Assembly: GCA_038231275.1 (NCBI GenBank)
Contig: JBBRLQ010000009.1
Location: 160,001-224,000 of the forward strand
Origin: Polyangiales bacterium
GTDB lineage: Bacteria > Myxococcota_A > Polyangia > Polyangiales > Polyangiaceae
Length of the DNA stretch: 64,000 nucleotides
Direction: 5' to 3'
Part shown: piece by piece, positions 41,221-51,444 of the stretch
Numbering within the stretch: position 1 is the stretch's first letter
Layout of the letters: every line of letters begins with the position of its first letter
Position numbers and translations under genes: made by a program
The notes under the pieces: model-generated
Told to the model about the DNA's origin: nothing
Databases searched by the model: none
The model's input: only the letters and a program-made list of their open reading frames with translations

Positions 41221-42357
41221 ATGACGCGATTCTTTCCGTCGATCGTTCTCGCCGCGGCGCTTCCTCTTCTTGTTACCGCGTGCCCGTCGAAGGACTCCGC
41301 GAAGAAGGATGAGCCGCCGCCTCCGCCGCCGCCGGCGAGCGCGGGGCTCAGCCCTGGCGCGTGCACGGGGGGCGGCGGCGAGGTGAAGGATCCGGTGAGC
41401 ACGGCGTTCTTCCCGCGCGCGGCCGGCGGCTTCTGCCTCGACCCGAACGGCGAGACGAAGACGTACGGCGAGAACGCGAAGCACGCGAAGGAAGAGGTCT
41501 GCACCACGCTCTTCGACGGCGAGTGCGAGATCTACATGCGCTACCGGCTCACGCGCGTGGTGGCGCTCCGCTACGTCGACGGCGCCGGCAAGGGCGCGAC
41601 CGTCGACGTCATCCTCTCGACGTACGCCGACGTCCCCGGCGCGTACGCCATGTTCACCAAGCGCGTCATCGCCGACAGCGATCCGGCGGAGGACTCGGCG
41701 CCGAAGCCGATCGCCGCGGGCGGCGCGGCGGTGCTCGGTACCGGGCGCGCATACCTGTGGCGCGGGCAGTACATCGCCGAGCTCCAGTACAACAACGAGC
41801 AGGAGTCGCCGGAGCAGCTCACCAAGTCGAGCGGCGCAGCGCTCCCGATCCTCGCGAAGGAGGTTGGCGCGAGGCTCCCTGGCGCGCTCGACAAGCCGCC
41901 GTCGGCGAAGGCGCTGCCCGAGGTCGGTCTCGTGAGCGCGCAGGCGATGCAGCTCGTCGAGAAAGAGCTGCTGGGCCTGAAGGGCCTCGGCGCCGGCGCG
42001 ATGGGTTACTACAAGGACGGCGACAAGCGCTTCCGTGAGGTCGCGTTCGTGAACGCCGACGCCGAGCAGGCGAAGGACGGAATGAAGCTGCTGGCGAAGC
42101 GGCCCGAGGCACTGCCCGTCGCGGGGGTCGGCGAGGACGCGTCGCTCGTCGTGATCAAGCAAGGCGAGACGAAGCTCGAGTACCTCTTCGCGCGTAAGGG
42201 GCCGCTGCTCGCGGGCGTCGGCGACGACGACTATGCGGCGCAGAAGAAGCTCTCGAAGGACGAGAAGATCGCCAAGCTCAAGGCGTGGCTCGCCGGCAGC
42301 GCGGCTCCTGCAGGTTCGGCGCCCGCACCTTCCGCTTCGGCGTCCGCGAAGAAGTAG
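41221..42357 (+). CDS. Lipoprotein of unknown function
   Basis: LVTAC lipobox; LFDGECEIY, GAYAMFT, WRGQYIAEL. Confidence 0.75.
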   Translation: MTRFFPSIVLAAALPLLVTACPSKDSAKKDEPPPPPPPASAGLSPGACTGGGGEVKDPVSTAFFPRAAGGFCLDPNGETKTYGENAKHAKEEVCTTLFDGECEIYMRYRLTRVVALRYVDGAGKGATVDVILSTYADVPGAYAMFTKRVIADSDPAEDSAPKPIAAGGAAVLGTGRAYLWRGQYIAELQYNNEQESPEQLTKSSGAALPILAKEVGARLPGALDKPPSAKALPEVGLVSAQAMQLVEKELLGLKGLGAGAMGYYKDGDKRFREVAFVNADAEQAKDGMKLLAKRPEALPVAGVGEDASLVVIKQGETKLEYLFARKGPLLAGVGDDDYAAQKKLSKDEKIAKLKAWLAGSAAPAGSAPAPSASASAKK

Positions 42358-42456
42358 CTGCCGCTGCGTCGAAGCGACGAGGAATGGCGCGCCGCCGGAG
42401 GTGATTGGCGCCGGCACGGATGCGCCGTTTTTCTCGGTGGGTAGTGTGCCCTCGCC

Positions 42457-43323
42457 ATGAAGAAGAGACCCTTGAATTCGAGCTCCTTTGCGGCGCTCGC
42501 GGCGTGGCTCCTCGCGGGCGGCGCGGGCGCAGCGGCCGCCGGGTGCGCGATTTCGACGGGAGAGTCTAGCGTCGACGCCGGCGACGTGGGGGGTGGCGAT
42601 CTCGCCGACGCCGCGTCGCTCTTCGACGCGACGACGGGCGACGCGGCGTCGGGCGACGGTGGCCCTGGGACCGACGCGCGCAACGACGCGCCCCACGACG
42701 GACACGCCGACCAGAGCGTGCCACCTCCGCCGCCGCCTCCACCTCCACCTCCACCTCCTCCGCCGCCGACATCGCTCGACCTGCACCAGGTCACGCTCTT
42801 CGACAACCCCGCCACCCTCGCGGACTGGCCGATCACGACCAAAATCACCGCCGTCGAGTTCCAGTACAAAGGGAAAAACGGCGTCTTCGTCGAGTTCTCC
42901 AAGCGCGACGGCGCCGGGAGCTGGCCCGACATCGTGCCGCCGGGCTGGGATGGCCCGCTCGAATTCACGGTCGGCATGGTCGAGAACATCGGCGGGCAGT
43001 GGTACGGGTCCTCGGCCGTCGAGTTCTGGCGCGGCGTCGACGTGGTGCTCGGAGGGAACGTCTCGTCGGACATCGTGACCGGCGGCCCGTGCACGACGTT
43101 CGGCCTCGGCTCGACCTGCCAGGTCGCCAAGAATTGGTACTACGACGGCCGCTGGGGAAACCTGGCGGGCTACCAGCCGGCCCCCGGCGAGACGATCGGC
43201 ATCTTCGTCGTCGCCGGCAACCTGCGCGGCGTGAAGGATGGCAGTCAGTCGCCCGTTCTGGAGCGATCCGACGTCGTCTTGATGCCGATGCCCGGCTTCG
43301 GCGGAGCACGCTACACCTTCTAG
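42457..43323 (+). CDS. Lipoprotein with poly-Pro linker and Trp-rich domain
   Basis: AAGC lipobox; about 16 Pro; WPDIVPPGWDGP, NWYYDGRWG. Confidence 0.75.
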   Translation: MKKRPLNSSSFAALAAWLLAGGAGAAAAGCAISTGESSVDAGDVGGGDLADAASLFDATTGDAASGDGGPGTDARNDAPHDGHADQSVPPPPPPPPPPPPPPPPTSLDLHQVTLFDNPATLADWPITTKITAVEFQYKGKNGVFVEFSKRDGAGSWPDIVPPGWDGPLEFTVGMVENIGGQWYGSSAVEFWRGVDVVLGGNVSSDIVTGGPCTTFGLGSTCQVAKNWYYDGRWGNLAGYQPAPGETIGIFVVAGNLRGVKDGSQSPVLERSDVVLMPMPGFGGARYTF

Positions 43324-44156
43324 CTTCTCGATTCCTTGCCGCGGGCGCGCCACACGCTTGGCGCCTCGAATCCGCACCGGTGAAAGAGCGTGCTGAGGTG
43401 CTGCGGCGAGGTGAGGCCCACCTCGAGCGCGACCTCGGTGATGCTCACGTCGGAGTCCTCGAGCCGCCGCTGCGCGAGTCGCACGCGCGCGACGTCGAGC
43501 TCCTTGCGAAACGTCGTGTCGTGCTCGCGGAGGCGGCGCTGGAGGCTACGGGTGGACAGCGCCAGGGCGCGCGCCGCCTCCACCGGGGTCGCGCGCGGGT
43601 GGTGCTCGAGGAAGGTCCCTAGCTCCCGCACGATCGCCGGCACCGAGCGCGCCTCGCGGCGAACCCTCCCGAGCTCTTCGAGCAGCGGCGCGTCGTCTGC
43701 GCAGCCGAGCCAGGCCAGCGCCGCCTGCGCATCCTGGAAAATCTCCGCAGGGAACGATATCGGCGCGAGCGTGGTGAAGCCGACGGCGATGGCCCCCGCG
43801 AACTCGCCGCGATGCACGACCGCGACCCTCGTGATGCGCGACTCGAGCCCCGCGAGGCTCCTCGTCACGTACTGCGAAAGCGCGGCGAAGACGCTCGGGC
43901 TCATGCGCTCGATCTTGGACGCGTCGAAGAGCGTCGCGTGCGGGCTGCACGCCTCCGACACGCGCAGGTCGGCGCACGCTGTCCACACCTCCACGTCCTC
44001 CGGCGACGGCGTTCCCCACACGATCGTGCCGGAGAAGCCCCCATGCTTCGCGAAGAAGGAGAGCCACGTGCGCCCGACGAAATACTTTCCGCGCGGGTCG
44101 GGCGACAGCGCGAGGATGGTCTCCGCGCGCTCGAGGAGGGGCGAGGTCGTGGCCAC
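43320..44156 (-). CDS. AraC family transcriptional regulator
   Basis: ARALALSTRSLQRRL, ITEVALEVG....HLSTLF......PSVWR. Confidence 0.9.
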   Translation of the reverse strand: MATTSPLLERAETILALSPDPRGKYFVGRTWLSFFAKHGGFSGTIVWGTPSPEDVEVWTACADLRVSEACSPHATLFDASKIERMSPSVFAALSQYVTRSLAGLESRITRVAVVHRGEFAGAIAVGFTTLAPISFPAEIFQDAQAALAWLGCADDAPLLEELGRVRREARSVPAIVRELGTFLEHHPRATPVEAARALALSTRSLQRRLREHDTTFRKELDVARVRLAQRRLEDSDVSITEVALEVGLTSPQHLSTLFHRCGFEAPSVWRARGKESRS

Positions 44157-44192
44157 GTCACGCGCGAGGGTAGCGCAGTTTGTGGCGCAATT

Positions 44193-45182
44193 TCAGAGGA
44201 GGGCCTCCGCCGCCTCGCGCTCGAGGTTCACGCGCTCGAGGCTCGTGCGCTCGAAGCACTCGTCGGGGACGCCGCGTCGCTTGCGCGAGAGCCGGCTCGC
44301 CGCGATGAACCGCGTCGTGACCGGATCGTGGTAGCCGCTTGCATCGGGGAGCCCCGGCACGTGCTCGCGGTGGTAGTGCACGATGCGGTTCATCAGCACG
44401 TCGCGCGCCCACTTGCCGACGAGCGACGCCAGGCACACGAGGAGGTTCGACGCGTCGGCGTCGCGCACGAACGCGATCGTGCCGACGCCGGGGATTGCGT
44501 ACGTGCTCTTGGCGCGCCCTTCGTCGATCGTCGCGTGCAGGCGCCCGGAGAGCGGGCCGAAGTGATCGGGGTACCGATCGAACCCGCCGACCTTGCCGCA
44601 GATCGCCAGCACGTCGGCGCCGGCGTCCTCGCGCGCGCGGAGGACGAGCCGCTCCATCGCGTGCAGGTCCACCACGAAGCGGCTCCGCCCGCGGTTCGTC
44701 TCGGCGTTGAGCCGTTTGGCGCAGGCGATGTGGACGCGCGCGCCGACGACCTCGACGCCGCTTTTGGCGAGCTTGTCGAGGTCGCGACCGATCTGCGCGA
44801 CGAGGCCGGGCTCCGCCACGAGACCGCCCGCTTCGCCGCCGGTCCCCCAGCACTGATCGCCGTGGCTCGTGGGGCACGGGGCGCGGAGGGTCTCGCGGGC
44901 GTCGAGCGCCAGCGCGAAGACGAGCTCGTCGATCGATCGCGGCGCCGGTGCACCGGACCGCGCCAGGAGCGCGCGTCCCCACGCCTCTCCTAGAGAGCTG
45001 TCGCCGTACGAGACGAGCGCCTTCGAGTCGCCGAGCCGCGCGCGCATGCGCCCCTTCGGCCGCGCGCAGGCAACCCTCTCTCCTTCTGCCGTCGTCCGCG
45101 CCAGCACGGAGGTGACCACGAGGGGACCGAGCCGCGGCCCAAGACCATTCTCGTCGACGCCCACGCAAAACCCGAACGACAT
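44193..45182 (-). CDS. Divergent RNase HII-like protein
   Basis: GVDENGLGPRLGPLVV, GDSK, DAD, LASLVGK, SGY. Confidence 0.72.
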   Translation of the reverse strand: MSFGFCVGVDENGLGPRLGPLVVTSVLARTTAEGERVACARPKGRMRARLGDSKALVSYGDSSLGEAWGRALLARSGAPAPRSIDELVFALALDARETLRAPCPTSHGDQCWGTGGEAGGLVAEPGLVAQIGRDLDKLAKSGVEVVGARVHIACAKRLNAETNRGRSRFVVDLHAMERLVLRAREDAGADVLAICGKVGGFDRYPDHFGPLSGRLHATIDEGRAKSTYAIPGVGTIAFVRDADASNLLVCLASLVGKWARDVLMNRIVHYHREHVPGLPDASGYHDPVTTRFIAASRLSRKRRGVPDECFERTSLERVNLEREAAEALL

Positions 45183-45219
45183 CCCCGTATCCTAGCGAGA
45201 AGGTTGAGCTAGCGCCCCG

Positions 45220-45248
45220 TTGACGTCCGCGATTCCGATGCGTAGGTT
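45220..45248 (+). promoter_or_regulatory. Putative sigma70 promoter of dksA
   Basis: TTGACG-N17-TAGGTT. Confidence 0.55.
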
Positions 45249-45327
45249 CCCTCGCCTCGAAAAGGGGACCCATGGGCGCCGCATTTGGCTACGCTCGGCC
45301 CTTCCCTCAAATTGCGGAGATGGCGCG

Positions 45328-45690
45328 GTGAACAAAGCCCAGCTCAAGAAGTTCAAGACGCTCCTGACCGAGAAGCGTGACGAGATCGTCAAGAAGGCGA
45401 AGCAGACCCTCGAAGAAGACATGGCGCTCGACGCCAACGATCTCCCGGACGAGATGGACCTCGCGTCGAGCGAGTACCTCCAGTCCTTCACGTTCCGACT
45501 CCGCGGCCGCGAGAAAGCGTTCCTCGACAAGATCACCAAGGCGCTCACCAAGATCGACGACGGCTCGTTCGGCGTCTGCGAGGAGTGCGGCGAGGAGATC
45601 TCGATCAAGCGCCTCGAAGCCCGCCCGGAGACGACCCTCTGCATCCGCTGCAAAGAGGATCAGGAGCGCGTCGAAAAGGACTTCGGCTAA
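45328..45690 (+). CDS. dksA: DksA/TraR family RNA polymerase-binding factor
   Basis: DEMDLA tip (DxxDxA), CEEC...RLEARP...CIRC; SD GGAG before GTG. Confidence 0.9.
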   Translation: MNKAQLKKFKTLLTEKRDEIVKKAKQTLEEDMALDANDLPDEMDLASSEYLQSFTFRLRGREKAFLDKITKALTKIDDGSFGVCEECGEEISIKRLEARPETTLCIRCKEDQERVEKDFG

Positions 45691-45727
45691 AAATTAGCGC
45701 AGGCCCGTAATCGAACAGCCGGGCTGT

Positions 45728-45744
45728 CTGGCGTGCTCGATGCA
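45728..45744 (+). promoter_or_regulatory. Putative sigma54 promoter
   Basis: CTGGCGTGCTCGATGCA, GG-N10-GC; ATG 45756 is 13 nt after the GC. Confidence 0.45.
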
Positions 45745-45755
45745 TTGCGGAGGGC

Positions 45756-47204
45756 ATGGCTCCGTTCTCACCTGCACGTCGCGACGCGCTGCGCCTCGGC
45801 GTGGGTGCGATCCTCGCGGCGTGCAGCGGTTCGCCGGTGGGGAACGACGAGGCGGCGTCGGCGCTTGGCCACCCTGGTTCGCCCGGACCGGGTGGTGCGA
45901 GCGATCCAACGTCGCCGGATGCGGCGTCGCGTCGCGCGCCGGTGCTCGTTCTGGGCGCTGGCATCAGCGGCCTTTCCGCGGCGCGTCGCCTCGAGGCGCG
46001 CGGCTTCACCGACGTGCGCGTGATCGAGGCGCGCGATCGCATCGGCGGGCGCATCCAGACGGACCGCTCGACGGGCGTGCCGTTCGACATGGGCGCCGCG
46101 TGGGTGCACTACGCAAGCGACAGAACGAACCCGCTCATGGCAATGGTGAAGGCGGCGGGGCTCGCGCCGAGGCCGACGAACTGGGATCGTTTCGACGCGT
46201 ACGACGAGCTCACCGGGCGGGTGCCGTCGACCACGCTCGACGCGGCGACTTCCCGGATGGACGCGGCGTTGAAGAAGCTGCGCGCGAAGGTGCGGGCGCT
46301 CGAAGACCGGCACGTGGCGCTCGATCAGCTCCTCGGGCCGATCCTCGCGTCGAGCTTCTCGGGCGCACCCGACGAGCAGCGCATGCTCGGCCTGATGCGC
46401 GGCTACTACGTCGAGAACGAGTACGCGACGGAGCTCGCCGAGATCGGCGCGTACGACCTCGCCGATGCGCCGACGAAAGAGAACGATCAGCTCGTGGGTG
46501 GCTACGACGTCCTCCTCGAGTCGCTCGCGCAGGGGCTCCGCGTCCAGCTGTCGGAGCCCGTGACCCACGTGCGCGTGGCCGGTGGAGAGGTCACCGTCCA
46601 GACCACGCGCGCGTCGTACACGGCCGCGGCGGTCGTCGTGACGCTCCCGGTCGGCGTGCTGCGCGCGGGCGCGGTAAGGTTCGACCCGCCGCTCCCCGAC
46701 GCGAAGCGGCAGGCGCTCGCCGACATCGGCGTCGGCGACTTCGAGAAGGTCGTTCTCCTTTACGATCAGGCGTTCTGGGCGTCGGGCGCGCACGGCTTCG
46801 GCTTCGCGTCGGCGTCCGAAGACGTGGCCAAGCTCGTCCTCGACGCGCACGAGGTCGCGGGCGCGCCGGCGCTCGTCGCGATGATCACCGGCGCTGCTGC
46901 CGCGAGGGCCTCGGGGATGTCCGACGCGGATCTCGGCGCGCGGACGATCGCGCAGATCCAGGCGATGTTCGGGGCGCAAATTCCGGCACCCACGGCCGTC
47001 CTGCGGACGCGATGGCACGACGATCCGTTCGCGCGCGGCGCGTATACGTACCCGGGCGTCGCCGATCTTCCGCGCGCGATCGCCGCCCTCGCGGCCCCGA
47101 TCGGTCGTCGCGTCTTCTTCGCCGGCGAGGCGACCGACCCGACGTGGTGGTCTTTCGCCCATGGCGCGTACCTCTCGGGCATTCGCGCCGCGAACGAGGT
47201 CTGA
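45756..47204 (+). CDS. Flavin monoamine/polyamine oxidase family, Tat lipoprotein
   Basis: ARRDAL..LAAC; LGAGISGL, EARDRIGGRI, DMGAAWVH, W..DPFARGAY, FFAGEAT, HGAYLSG. Confidence 0.88.
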   Translation: MAPFSPARRDALRLGVGAILAACSGSPVGNDEAASALGHPGSPGPGGASDPTSPDAASRRAPVLVLGAGISGLSAARRLEARGFTDVRVIEARDRIGGRIQTDRSTGVPFDMGAAWVHYASDRTNPLMAMVKAAGLAPRPTNWDRFDAYDELTGRVPSTTLDAATSRMDAALKKLRAKVRALEDRHVALDQLLGPILASSFSGAPDEQRMLGLMRGYYVENEYATELAEIGAYDLADAPTKENDQLVGGYDVLLESLAQGLRVQLSEPVTHVRVAGGEVTVQTTRASYTAAAVVVTLPVGVLRAGAVRFDPPLPDAKRQALADIGVGDFEKVVLLYDQAFWASGAHGFGFASASEDVAKLVLDAHEVAGAPALVAMITGAAAARASGMSDADLGARTIAQIQAMFGAQIPAPTAVLRTRWHDDPFARGAYTYPGVADLPRAIAALAAPIGRRVFFAGEATDPTWWSFAHGAYLSGIRAANEV

Positions 47205-47231
47205 AGCGAAACGCTCTTGACGGAAAGCGGC

Positions 47232-50117
47232 TCAGCCCTTCGCGCGCTTGCGCTCGTCGCGGGCGTCGGTCGCGCGCGCGAGGACGTCCTTGAGGTAGTG
47301 GCCGGTGTAGGAGCGGGCTTCGGCGGCGATCGTCTCGGGCGTCCCCACCGCGACGATCTCGCCGCCGCCGTCGCCGCCGTCCGGGCCGAGATCGATGACC
47401 CAATCCGAGCACGCGACGACGTCGAGGTTGTGCTCGATGACGACGATCGTATTGCCCTGGTCGCGCAGATCGGTGAGCGCGGTGAGAAGCACCTCGATGT
47501 CGGTGAAGTGAAGGCCGGTAGTCGGCTCGTCGAGCACGTAGAGGGTGCGCCCGGTGGCCTTGCGGGCGAGCTCGCGCGCCAGCTTCACGCGCTGCGCTTC
47601 TCCGCCGGACAACGTGGTCGCCGGCTGCCCGAGGGACAGGTATCCGAGGCCGACCTTGCGGAGCGCCTCGAGGCGATCGAACACGCGCGGGATGGCGTCG
47701 AAGAGCTCGATGGCCTGCTCCACCGTCACGTCGAGGGCGTCGGCGATGCTGAGGCCCTTGTACCTCACCTCGAGCGTCTCGCGGTTGTACCGCTTGCCGC
47801 TGCACGTGTCGCACGTGACGAAGATGTCCGGCAGGAAGTGCATCTCGACGCGCAGCACGCCGTCGCCCTGGCACGCCTCGCAGCGCCCGCCCTTCACGTT
47901 GAAGGAGAAGCGCCCGGCCTTGTAGCCGCGGGCGCGCGCGTCGGGGAGGCCCGCGTACAGCTCGCGCAGGAGGGCGAACACGCCGGTGTACGTCGCCGGG
48001 TTCGAGCGCGGCGTGCGGCCGATCGGTGCTTGATCGATCGATATGACTTTGTCGATGTGGTTCAGTCCGTTGACCGCGTCGCACTCGCCGATCGGCGCGG
48101 TGGCGGAGTAGAGCTTGGAGCGCGCCGCGGGGAGTAGCGTGTCGACGATCAGGCTTGATTTTCCGCTCCCGGAGACGCCGGTGATCGACGTCATGAGCCC
48201 GACGGGAATCTCCGCCGTCACGTTCTTGAGGTTGTGCGCGCGCGCGCCGACGACGCTGACCGTGGGCTTGCCGCGCGCCTTCCGCTTCGTAGGCACCGGT
48301 AGCTGCTTCTTGCCGCTGAGCCACGGCCCGGTGATCGATGCCGGATTCTTCATCAGCTCGGCGGCGGTACCCTCGGCGACGATCGTCCCGCCGTGCATGC
48401 CGGCGCCGGGCCCCATGTCGACGACGTGGTCGGCGGCGAAGATGGCCTCGCGATCGTGCTCGACGACGAAGACGGTGTTGCCGAGATCGCGGAGCCGCGT
48501 CTGCGCTTCGATGAGGCGCGCGTTGTCGCGGGCGTGGAGGCCGACGCTCGGCTCGTCGAGGACGTAGAGGACGCCGACGAGCGCGGCGCCGATCTGCGTG
48601 GCGAGTCGGATGCGCTGCCCCTCGCCCGACGAGAGGGTCTGCGCGCTGCGATCGAGGGCGAGGTAGTAGAGGCCGACGTCGATGAGGAAACCCAGTCGCG
48701 CGGCGACGGCGCGGAGGAGCGGCTCGGCGATCGCGTGCTCGCGCGCGCCGAACTGGGCCTCGGTGCCGAGCGTTGCGACGAACTCGCGCAAGCGCCGGAG
48801 CGGAAGCGCGCCGAGCTCGCTGATATCGCGCCCGCCGAGCTTCACGGCGAGCGCCTCGGGCCGCAGGCGCCGTCCCTTGCACGCGTCGCACGTCCGCGTC
48901 ACGCAGAAGCGGCCGAGCTCGTCGTCGCCGATGCCGCCTTCGTCGACGTCGGGATCGTCGTCGCCGCCGCCCTGCTCGGGGCCCTCCTGTCGGAGGCGCT
49001 GCTCGAGGCGAGGGACGATGCCTTCGTACGACTTCTTGCGGCCGGTGCCGCGCTTTGCGCGCGTGTCGCCGTTGCCGAACAGGAGCTGCGTGCGCTGCTC
49101 GTCGGGGAGCTTGTTCCAGACCACGTCGGGGCTGACACCGAGCGCCTCCACGGCGCGTGAGAGCTCCGTCGCGAGCGCCACCGAGCCGCGTCGCCCCCAC
49201 GCGAAGAGCGCGCCTTCACGAAGCGTCCGTCCACCGTCGCCGACGCATCGTTCGGGATCGACCACTGTGCGCGCGCCGAGGCCGTCGCAGGAGGGGCACG
49301 CGCCGTGCGGCCCGTTGAACGAGAACATGCGCGGCTCGATCGGTGGCAGCGAGATGCCACAGTCGACGCACGCGAAGCGCTCGCTGAGCCAGAACGGCTC
49401 CTCGCCCTCGACATGCGCGAGCATGCGCCCCTCGCCGATCTTCAGCGCGAGCTCGACCGAGTCGGTGAGCCGCCCCTTCAAGCCCTCCTTCAAGACGAGG
49501 CGATCCACGATGACGTCGAGATCGTGCAGCTTGCTCCGGTCGAGCTCGATCTCGTCGCCGAGGTCGATCACCGAGCCATCGACGCGCGCGCGCACGAAGC
49601 CGTCGCGGCGGAGGCGCTCGAGCTCGAGCTTCAGCTCACCTTTGCGCGCGCGGCAGATGGGCGCAAGCACGCTCATCTTCGAGCCCTCGGGGAGGGCGAG
49701 GATGCGATCGGTGATCTGCTGAACGGTCTGCGCCTCGATGCGCTTGCCGCAGCTCGGGCAGTGCGGGACGCCAACGCGCGCGAACAGAAGACGCAGGTAG
49801 TCGGCGATCTCGGTGACGGTGCCGACGGTCGAGCGCGGCGACTTCGACAACGGGCGCTGCTCGATCGCGATCGCGGGCGATAGGCCGTCGATCCGCTCGA
49901 CGTCGGGCTTGGCGAGCTGCTCCAAGAACTGCCGCGCGTACGCGGACAGCGACTCGACGTAGCGGCGCTGCCCCTCGGCGTAGATCGTGTCGAAGGCGAG
50001 GCTGGACTTACCGGAGCCGCTCGGCCCCGTGAATACGACGAGCTTCCCCCGCGGCAGCGAGATGCTCACGTTCTTCAGATTGTGCTGCCGCGCGCCGACG
50101 ACGACGAGCCGGTCCAT
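47232..50117 (-). CDS. uvrA: Excinuclease ABC subunit A
   Basis: [28 protein letters not shown], Zn fingers, [28 protein letters not shown]. Confidence 0.97.
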   Translation of the reverse strand: MDRLVVVGARQHNLKNVSISLPRGKLVVFTGPSGSGKSSLAFDTIYAEGQRRYVESLSAYARQFLEQLAKPDVERIDGLSPAIAIEQRPLSKSPRSTVGTVTEIADYLRLLFARVGVPHCPSCGKRIEAQTVQQITDRILALPEGSKMSVLAPICRARKGELKLELERLRRDGFVRARVDGSVIDLGDEIELDRSKLHDLDVIVDRLVLKEGLKGRLTDSVELALKIGEGRMLAHVEGEEPFWLSERFACVDCGISLPPIEPRMFSFNGPHGACPSCDGLGARTVVDPERCVGDGGRTLREGALFAWGRRGSVALATELSRAVEALGVSPDVVWNKLPDEQRTQLLFGNGDTRAKRGTGRKKSYEGIVPRLEQRLRQEGPEQGGGDDDPDVDEGGIGDDELGRFCVTRTCDACKGRRLRPEALAVKLGGRDISELGALPLRRLREFVATLGTEAQFGAREHAIAEPLLRAVAARLGFLIDVGLYYLALDRSAQTLSSGEGQRIRLATQIGAALVGVLYVLDEPSVGLHARDNARLIEAQTRLRDLGNTVFVVEHDREAIFAADHVVDMGPGAGMHGGTIVAEGTAAELMKNPASITGPWLSGKKQLPVPTKRKARGKPTVSVVGARAHNLKNVTAEIPVGLMTSITGVSGSGKSSLIVDTLLPAARSKLYSATAPIGECDAVNGLNHIDKVISIDQAPIGRTPRSNPATYTGVFALLRELYAGLPDARARGYKAGRFSFNVKGGRCEACQGDGVLRVEMHFLPDIFVTCDTCSGKRYNRETLEVRYKGLSIADALDVTVEQAIELFDAIPRVFDRLEALRKVGLGYLSLGQPATTLSGGEAQRVKLARELARKATGRTLYVLDEPTTGLHFTDIEVLLTALTDLRDQGNTIVVIEHNLDVVACSDWVIDLGPDGGDGGGEIVAVGTPETIAAEARSYTGHYLKDVLARATDARDERKRAKG

Positions 50118-50138
50118 GGATAGCCGGGCTTAGCACGG

Positions 50139-51362
50139 TCAAGAGGCCCCGGCGAGCGCGCCCTCCAGATCGCGCCACAGGTCTTCCGCGGCCTCGATCC
50201 CTACGCTCAGGCGCAACAGGCCGTCGGTGACGTCCGCGAGCATGCGCGCCTCCTTCGACATGGTCGAGTGGGTGGTCGACGCGGGGTGCACGAGGAGGGT
50301 CCGGACATCCCCGAGGCTGACGGCGTGGGTCGCGACGCGCACCCCCTCGAGAACACGCTTGCCACGATCGAGCGCCGCGTCGCCGCCGAGATCGAACGAG
50401 ACGAGCGACCCAAACGCGTGCATCTGCGCGCGCGCGCGGACGTGCCCTTCGTGGCCTTCGAGCGACGGGTGGTACACGCGCGCGATCTTCGGGTGCGCGA
50501 CGAGGCGCGACGCGAGCGTGGCGGCGGTCGCGCACGCCTGCTGCTGGCGGAGCGCGAACGTGCGGAGACCGCGGTCGACGAGGAACGCGTTGAACGGCGC
50601 GAGCACGCCGCCGAAGCCCTTCACGACGAGGTCACGCGCGACGTCCACGAGCTCCCTGCGCCCCGCGAGCGCGCCGCCGATCGCGTCGCCGTGTCCGCCC
50701 AGCGCCTTCGTCATCGAGTGCACGACCAGATCGACGCCGAGCGCGAGCGGCGTCTGCGCGAACGGCGTCGCGAAGGTGTTGTCGGCGATCGTGAAGAGGC
50801 CGTGCTCCTTCGCGAGCGCCACGATCGCCCCGACGTCGGTGACCGCCAGCACCGGGTTCGACGGCGTCTCGAGGTAGAGCACGCGCGTCTCTTTGCGGAT
50901 CGCCGCGGCGGTCGCGACGAGATCGCGCGCGTCGACGAAGGTGGTCGTCACACCAAACCGCGGCAAGCGCTCGCGAAGGAGCCGCGCGCTCTCGGCGTAC
51001 ATGGATCGCGGCGCGACGACATGATCGCCGCTCTGGCAGATCGACATGAGCGCGCCGCTGATCGCCGCCATCCCGCTCGCGGTGACCGCCGCCGCCTCCG
51101 CCCCCTCGAGCGCGGCGATCTTCTTCTCGAGCGCGTCGATGTTGGGGTTGCCCCACCGCCCGTAAATGTACGCGTCGTTCTCGCGCCGGAACGCGCCCGC
51201 CGCCTCGTCGGCGCTCTCGAACCCGAACGCCGACGAGAGCGTGATCGGCAAATCGAGCGCGCCGTGACGCGCGAGGTCCTCGCCGGCGTGGACGCACGTG
51301 GTCGCGAGCTGGGCGGCGCGCGCGGCGAGGACAGCCGCGTAGGGAGAGTGGGGGTCGATCAT
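50139..51362 (-). CDS. Cys/Met metabolism PLP enzyme (methionine gamma-lyase/MetZ-like)
   Basis: YGRWGNP, ASGMAAI, LETPSNP, DNTFATP, HSMTK (PLP Lys), AVSLG, HPASTTH, RLSVGIE. Confidence 0.9.
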   Translation of the reverse strand: MIDPHSPYAAVLAARAAQLATTCVHAGEDLARHGALDLPITLSSAFGFESADEAAGAFRRENDAYIYGRWGNPNIDALEKKIAALEGAEAAAVTASGMAAISGALMSICQSGDHVVAPRSMYAESARLLRERLPRFGVTTTFVDARDLVATAAAIRKETRVLYLETPSNPVLAVTDVGAIVALAKEHGLFTIADNTFATPFAQTPLALGVDLVVHSMTKALGGHGDAIGGALAGRRELVDVARDLVVKGFGGVLAPFNAFLVDRGLRTFALRQQQACATAATLASRLVAHPKIARVYHPSLEGHEGHVRARAQMHAFGSLVSFDLGGDAALDRGKRVLEGVRVATHAVSLGDVRTLLVHPASTTHSTMSKEARMLADVTDGLLRLSVGIEAAEDLWRDLEGALAGAS

Positions 51363-51444
51363 CGCCGCGAAGTATGGGGGACGTCGCCGCCCGCGAAAAG
51401 TGCGGGTTTGCACCGAGGTCGGGCAGAGGCTACATCCCCAGGCG

